Assembly: GCA_026702745.1 (NCBI GenBank)
Contig: JAPPBT010000058.1
Span: 72,408 to 136,407 of the forward strand
DNA length: 64,000 nucleotides
Reading direction: 5' to 3'
DNA from: Gemmatimonadota bacterium
Lineage (GTDB): Bacteria > JAAXHH01
Shown: in pieces, positions 58,850 to 64,000 of the stretch
Layout: each line of letters opens with the position of its first letter
How positions within the stretch are numbered: position 1 is the first letter of the stretch
Program-made: the position numbers and the translations under genes
The notes under the pieces: model-generated
Database searches by the model: none
What the model was told of the DNA's origin: nothing
What the model saw: only the letters and a program-made list of their open reading frames with translations

Positions 58850-60799
58850 ATGACCAAGCTGACCACGAAACCCACTTCCCTCAAAACCGCCGCCCTGGGT
58901 TTGGCCTTCGCCTGTTTCGTCGCCTTCTGGGGCCAACACGCTTCGGCGCAGCTGAACTACAACTATCTGACCTTCCCCCAGATGCCGCTGTGTCTGGTCA
59001 TTCCCTACCTCTTCCTGGTCCTGCTTCCGAACGTACTGATCCGCGCCATAAACCGGGACGCCGCGCTTACGAGGCCGGAGCTCCTGGTCATCTTCGCCAT
59101 GGGGCTGATCGCGGCCATGGTGCCCGACTGGGGCATGGTCCGCTATCTCATCAGCGTCATCACCGCGCCGCACTACTTCGCCAGCCCGGAGAACCAGTGG
59201 GAGGCGCACTTCTTCGCCTACCTGCCGGAATGGGCGGTCATCCCCAATGACAAGGGGCAGGTATCGGATTTCTTCGCGGGACGGCCTTCCGGTCTGCCGA
59301 TTCCCTGGCAGGACTGGGTCATCCCCCTCTTCTGGTGGATGTCGGCCCTGGGCGCGCTGCTCTTCATCGGCGCCTGCCTCGTCGTGATCTTCCGGAAGCA
59401 GTGGGTGGAACACGAACGGCTACAGTTTCCCATGGGCGAGGTGGTGCTCCGCCTTCTCGAGACCGATCAGGGTGCATCCGGGCCGTCCGGGAGGTGGCCG
59501 GCCCTCTTCGGCAACCGGCTGTTCCAGGTCGGTTTCGCGGCCAGCCTGGCCGTCATGTCCTGGAACATCATCGGCTTCTGGGGCGTGCTGCCCCACATCC
59601 CCCTTCCCGGTCCGGTATTCAACGTGGTCATCGACCCGGCCTACCCGCCCATCGCCATTCGGCTCGTGCCCTATGTCCTGTGTTTCGCCTTTTTCGTCAA
59701 CGTCGAGATCCTCTTCAGCGTCTGGTTCTTCCAGGTGCTGGGCATATTGGAAACCGGGATGCTCAACCGTTTCGGCGTGGTTTCGCCTGCAGAAACGATC
59801 GTGCCCCGCGGCCTGGTGTCCATCCAGTTCTGCGGCGGACTGATCATGTTCGCCCTGATCAGCGTCTGGATGGCCCGGAAACATATACGGAACGTCCTTC
59901 GAAAGTCCCTCGGCAGGGAAAGCGACCTGCGCGACGAGAACGAAATGTTCTCCTACCGCACGGCGGTCATCGGCCTGGTACTGGGCGTGCTCTTCATGAC
60001 CGCCTGGCTGCACGCCATCGGATTCTCTATCCCGATCGCCCTGCTCTTCCTGTTCCTCCTGCTGGTGTTCTATTTCGGGATCGCGCGCATCCTTGCCGAA
60101 GCGGGCCTGATCAACCTCGATCTGCCGATCAACGCCCACGCCTTCACGGTGGGGATGGTGGGCTCGGCCAACCTGTCGGGGTCGACGCTGACCGGTCTCG
60201 GACTTACCAACGTCTTCGCGCGGAACTGGCGGACCTTCACCATGGTGGGGCTATCGCACGTCGCCTTCTGGCGGAACTATCTCGGGGAGAACCGCGGACG
60301 GCTGTTCCTGCTCGTGATGCTCGCATTTATCTGCGGGACGGCGATCTCGACGGGATACGTCGTCTACTCGGGTTACACGGAGGGGGCGGACAACCTGCAT
60401 ATCAACCTGAGGAACACGGGGAACCTGTTCTTCGACCTGGTGGTGAAGTGGATGAAGAACGCCACGCAGATCACCACTCTCGAAATCCTGTTTCTCACAG
60501 TCGGCATGGCCGTAAGCAGCCTGCTTGCCCTGGGCAGGTATCTCTTTTACTGGTGGCCGCTCAATCCCATCGGGTTCGCCATCGGCGCCTCGGGGCCCAT
60601 ACGGGGGCTCACCTTCACCCTCTTCGTCGCATGGCTCGTGCAGGTCATCCTGCTCCGCATCGGCGGCGTCCGGCTCTACCGGAAAGTGCAACCGCTTTTT
60701 CTGGGAATCCTCGTCGGTTACGTGGTCGGGGTCCTGGCCGCCTACATCGTCGATACGGTTTATTTCCCGGACATGCCGCACATCACCGAGATCTTTTAG
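58850..60799 (+). CDS. Large polytopic membrane protein, DUF6785/DUF6784-like
   Basis: About 14-16 TM; SPENQW, RKQWVEHERLQFP, RILAEAG, WWPLNPIG; family name recalled. Confidence 0.75.
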   Translation: MTKLTTKPTSLKTAALGLAFACFVAFWGQHASAQLNYNYLTFPQMPLCLVIPYLFLVLLPNVLIRAINRDAALTRPELLVIFAMGLIAAMVPDWGMVRYLISVITAPHYFASPENQWEAHFFAYLPEWAVIPNDKGQVSDFFAGRPSGLPIPWQDWVIPLFWWMSALGALLFIGACLVVIFRKQWVEHERLQFPMGEVVLRLLETDQGASGPSGRWPALFGNRLFQVGFAASLAVMSWNIIGFWGVLPHIPLPGPVFNVVIDPAYPPIAIRLVPYVLCFAFFVNVEILFSVWFFQVLGILETGMLNRFGVVSPAETIVPRGLVSIQFCGGLIMFALISVWMARKHIRNVLRKSLGRESDLRDENEMFSYRTAVIGLVLGVLFMTAWLHAIGFSIPIALLFLFLLLVFYFGIARILAEAGLINLDLPINAHAFTVGMVGSANLSGSTLTGLGLTNVFARNWRTFTMVGLSHVAFWRNYLGENRGRLFLLVMLAFICGTAISTGYVVYSGYTEGADNLHINLRNTGNLFFDLVVKWMKNATQITTLEILFLTVGMAVSSLLALGRYLFYWWPLNPIGFAIGASGPIRGLTFTLFVAWLVQVILLRIGGVRLYRKVQPLFLGILVGYVVGVLAAYIVDTVYFPDMPHITEIF

Positions 60800-60826
60800 T
60801 CCGCCGTGGACAGGCGCGCGGCAGAC

Positions 60827-62785
60827 CTACCAGTTGTGCACGTTGTGTCCCTGGCCCGGGAACCAGATGACATCGACGACCAGGGAGAGGGTCACGCCCG
60901 CCGCGTAGCCCAGCAGCACGCCGATCACGGCCGGCTGCATCCTACGGTACATTTCGAAGCCCCCCAGACGCAGCAGCAGCACCTTGATCAGCCAGATCGT
61001 GAAGATTGACGTGATCTCGAAGTTGATGATGTCCGCGAAGGCGACGACGTATCCGATGGGATGGAGAGGCCATCCCGGGAAGCGGTACTGCATAAACACG
61101 AGACCCGTGGTGATCCCGGCGCCCAGGAAAAGGAAATAGATCTCCTCGTAGGACAGGGTATAGGGATTGTTGAACCACGTGGCCAGCTGGTCGTAGAACC
61201 CTTCGGCCCGGAGCGGCGCGAAATCATGGGCGCCCGTCCCGGAAGCCCCGGCGTAGATCGTGTAACCGTTCGTGACGATAAAGGTCAAAACCAGCACCGC
61301 GCCCACCGCAGCGAAGAGGCCCTTCCTGGACCGGGTAAACCCTTCGGAGACCTTCAGGCCGTGTATCAGGGAAGAAAGACCGATTCCCCGGTGGTTGTGG
61401 GAGATGGCGTGGGTGAGTCCCAGGGCCGTGAGATTCGGGGGCGAGAGGTTGGTCGATCCGATGACGCCCACCGTCATTTCGTTCGAATTGACCAGAAGGT
61501 CGAGGAAGACCAGCCCGGTCTCGGCGACGATGCGTGTGACGCCTATGTACAGCGCCAGGGTGATCGCGAGGAAGAGTACCGCCACGTCAACCGACATGCC
61601 CATGCGGTTCAACCAGAACAGCAGGTAGCACAGCCCACCTGCCAGTCCCAGCAGTGCCGTGCGATAGGACAGCAGTTCCCTGGAATCGTCGAGTTCCGGC
61701 GCCCGGCCCAGGGCCTTGCGCCACACGGCCTTCAGGTGATGTCTCCCTATCCAAAGGCCCCAGAGTACGAATACCCAGAACCCGCCGAAGTGCTGGGTCT
61801 TTACGATAAACTGGGACCCGCCCGCCATACCGGACGCCGATACGCCCAGCTGGTTGAGCAGGCTGATCTCCAGCAACGCGAGGAGGTGGAAGAACCATAT
61901 GCTGAAGAGCACCTTGAGGTCGGCGAAGTAGGCGAAGCACATCATGAAGATATTGAACTGCACCTGGGTCTCTGGAACGGACTGCGCCAGCTGGATCTGC
62001 GTTCGGAAGGGCGCGCCGACGGGAATGGCCGGTACGTATCCGAAGTAGGCCAGGCTGTTCCAGGCCAGCAGGGCGAAGGTGAGCGCGAAACCCACCTGGA
62101 AGTACCGGTTTGTCATGAACGCCGGCACCAGGCCGCCCCGGGTCGTCCCCTCGATCAGCATTGAAGGTATCTGTACCACCGGGAAGGACAGCCGCTCGTG
62201 CTCGACCCACTGCCGGCGGAAAACCACCGCAATGCAGGCCATGACCAGGAACAGCGCCGCCAGCATGCACATCCACCAGAAAAGGGGAACGATCCAGTCG
62301 ACCCACAGCAAGACGCTCTGGCCAGCTCCTTCGTAGAACCCCGTCGCGGCCCCGAGGTCGTCCCGGACGACCAGCCAGCCCGGCAGATGGGGGAAGAAGG
62401 TGTCCGCCCAACGGTTCTCCGGCGTGGCGTAGTAGAACGGCGACGCCAGGATGCCGACGAAGTAGTCCACGAAGGCCTTGCCGGGTATCGTCGACGAGAC
62501 CAGGCAGAAGACGAAGAGCACGGCCAGTTCACCCGCCGTGAACGCCCGTTCGGGCCACCACCTGCGCAGGGGGATCTGCATGCAGAAGATCACGATGAGG
62601 AAAGAAACCAGCGCCGCGACCGGGAGATGGCTCAGGGTGAGCCTCGGGCCGTGCATGACGTAATTGGTATGGGGCGTCCAGATCGCGATAAATACGGCGA
62701 GCACGCTGCCCAGGACGAGCACCCTGGGGGTCAGGCCTTTCGCGGTTTGGGTGGAGGGTGAAACCTGGTTTGAATCGGTCGACAT
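60827..62785 (-). CDS. Large polytopic membrane protein, DUF6785/DUF6784-like paralog
   Basis: TPENRW, RRQWVEHERLSFP, RIVAETG, WPLHPIG; start trimmed to MSTDSNQ. Confidence 0.75.
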   Translation of the reverse strand: MSTDSNQVSPSTQTAKGLTPRVLVLGSVLAVFIAIWTPHTNYVMHGPRLTLSHLPVAALVSFLIVIFCMQIPLRRWWPERAFTAGELAVLFVFCLVSSTIPGKAFVDYFVGILASPFYYATPENRWADTFFPHLPGWLVVRDDLGAATGFYEGAGQSVLLWVDWIVPLFWWMCMLAALFLVMACIAVVFRRQWVEHERLSFPVVQIPSMLIEGTTRGGLVPAFMTNRYFQVGFALTFALLAWNSLAYFGYVPAIPVGAPFRTQIQLAQSVPETQVQFNIFMMCFAYFADLKVLFSIWFFHLLALLEISLLNQLGVSASGMAGGSQFIVKTQHFGGFWVFVLWGLWIGRHHLKAVWRKALGRAPELDDSRELLSYRTALLGLAGGLCYLLFWLNRMGMSVDVAVLFLAITLALYIGVTRIVAETGLVFLDLLVNSNEMTVGVIGSTNLSPPNLTALGLTHAISHNHRGIGLSSLIHGLKVSEGFTRSRKGLFAAVGAVLVLTFIVTNGYTIYAGASGTGAHDFAPLRAEGFYDQLATWFNNPYTLSYEEIYFLFLGAGITTGLVFMQYRFPGWPLHPIGYVVAFADIINFEITSIFTIWLIKVLLLRLGGFEMYRRMQPAVIGVLLGYAAGVTLSLVVDVIWFPGQGHNVHNW

Positions 62786-62972
62786 CTGGGGACGTTGATT
62801 CCAATCTGCGGAGTGAATCGGTACGCATGGCCTGCTGGCGCGGCGTCGCGAATACGGGCTTTCAATATATCCCCGCACCGCCGGTCTCGGCTATTGTTTT
62901 ATGCGGAAATATGCGGGCGAAAACCGCCTGGATGCGTCTCGCGGCCATGACATGCAGACCCGTTTTTTTCTA

Positions 62973-63001
62973 TTGCATTGCGGCCGCTCAACATCTAATT
63001 T
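62973..63001 (+). promoter_or_regulatory. Sigma70-like promoter for sdh operon
   Basis: TTGCAT-N17-TAATTT. Confidence 0.45.
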
Positions 63002-63064
63002 GCGCTAATGTGTTTTGTCTGTGAAAATCGGCCGAATCACTATCTGGTTTCAAGAGGATAACCT

Positions 63065-63868
63065 ATGTCGACAACCGGTGTTTCACTGAAGGCCAGCGGT
63101 TTCGGCCAGACGCGCCGCAGAGACGCCTGGTGGGTGCAGCAGTTGGTAACATTGGGCGTGTTCTCGGCCTTCGTCGTCTACTCCACGTGGGCGGCTTTTC
63201 AGGGCGAATTCTACGCCTGGGGCCCTTATCTCTCGCCCTTCTATTCGCCCGAAATCTTCGGCAGTTCATCCCATGCGCTTTTCGGACCCAGGCCGGAGTG
63301 GTGGCCGGCCATGCTCCCGTTCTCACCGGCCTTCCTGATCCTCTGGGCGCCGGCCGGATTCCGCATCACCTGCTATTACTACCGGGGCGCCTACTACAAG
63401 GCCTTCTGGGCCGACCCGCCATCCTGCAGCGTTTCCGAACCGAGGAAGAAGTACCGGGGAGAACAGTCCTTTCCGCTCATTCTCCAGAACGTTCACCGGT
63501 ACTTTCTCTACCTGGTGTTCATCATCTGGATCTTCCTGGCTCACGACGCCTGGAAGGCCCTGTGGTTCACGGACGCGGCCACCGGTGAGACGACCTTCGG
63601 CATCGGGATCGGCACCCTGGTGTTGACCCTGAACGTTGTCCTCCTGGGCGGCTACCAGTTCGGCTGCCACTCCCTGCGCCACCTGATCGGCGGCAACCTG
63701 GACCTCCTTTCGAAAGCGCCCGTGCGGCATGCGGGTTATAACTGCGTTTCGTGCCTGAACCGAGGACACATGAACTGGGCTTGGCTCAGCCTGATCTGGG
63801 TCGCTTTCGCGGATGTATATGTGCGCCTGGTGGCCATGGGCGTCTGGACGGACTGGAGAATCCTCTAA
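63065..63868 (+). CDS. Succinate dehydrogenase membrane anchor, mycobacterial Sdh1 (Rv0249c)-like
   Basis: YLSPFYSP, FRITCYYYRGAYY, QNVHRYF, GCHSLRHL, HMNWAW; TAATG-coupled to flavoprotein. Confidence 0.85.
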   Translation: MSTTGVSLKASGFGQTRRRDAWWVQQLVTLGVFSAFVVYSTWAAFQGEFYAWGPYLSPFYSPEIFGSSSHALFGPRPEWWPAMLPFSPAFLILWAPAGFRITCYYYRGAYYKAFWADPPSCSVSEPRKKYRGEQSFPLILQNVHRYFLYLVFIIWIFLAHDAWKALWFTDAATGETTFGIGIGTLVLTLNVVLLGGYQFGCHSLRHLIGGNLDLLSKAPVRHAGYNCVSCLNRGHMNWAWLSLIWVAFADVYVRLVAMGVWTDWRIL

Positions 63869-64000
63869 TGGCGGAATATCAGAGCCACGAACATGACGTG
63901 CTCGTGATCGGAGCCGGCGGCGCAGGACTCCGGGCTGCCATCGAAGCCTCGGCCGCAGGGGTATCGGTGGGGCTCGTCTGCAAATCCCTGCTGGGCAAGG
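63868..64000 (+). CDS. sdhA: Succinate dehydrogenase/fumarate reductase flavoprotein subunit, N-terminal part
   Basis: MAEYQSHEHDVLVIGAGGAGLRAAIEA..VCKSLLGK (FAD-binding GxGxxG). Confidence 0.85.
   Translation, partial: MAEYQSHEHDVLVIGAGGAGLRAAIEASAAGVSVGLVCKSLLGK

Overview
GC-rich bacterial chromosomal window with about 50 tightly packed CDSs. I found no rRNA, tRNA, CRISPR array or IS element. Housekeeping genes: hrpA, queC, nadE, hemH, pyrK-pyrD-pyrF, ssb, lptF/lptG, metK, pyrG, rpsT, uvrC, hisI, hisD and the start of an sdh operon. Catabolic genes: 3 PhyH-type dioxygenases, 2 sulfatases, 2 Gfo/Idh/MocA oxidoreductases, 2 SDRs, an enolase-superfamily dehydratase and an HpcH aldolase. There is also an MNT-HEPN toxin-antitoxin pair. 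This content suggests (inference only) a diderm Latescibacterota/Gemmatimonadota-like heterotroph of the kind found in marine or sponge MAGs. Main leads: (1) a translationally coupled 7-gene operon (23044-29569, minus) encoding a GlmL-like ASKHA ATPase, a barrel-sandwich-hybrid/KOW protein and four membrane proteins, with no B12 mutase in the window; (2) a dispersed 9-bp minisatellite family (consensus GGCCTGGTC/GACCAGGCC) at about 10 loci in both orientations, inserted in frame in housekeeping proteins; (3) tandem duplications that copy gene 3' ends including the stop codon; (4) a stand-alone UnbV/UnbU-like pair; (5) two convergent DUF6785-like membrane paralogs. Family names come from motif recognition and need HMM confirmation.
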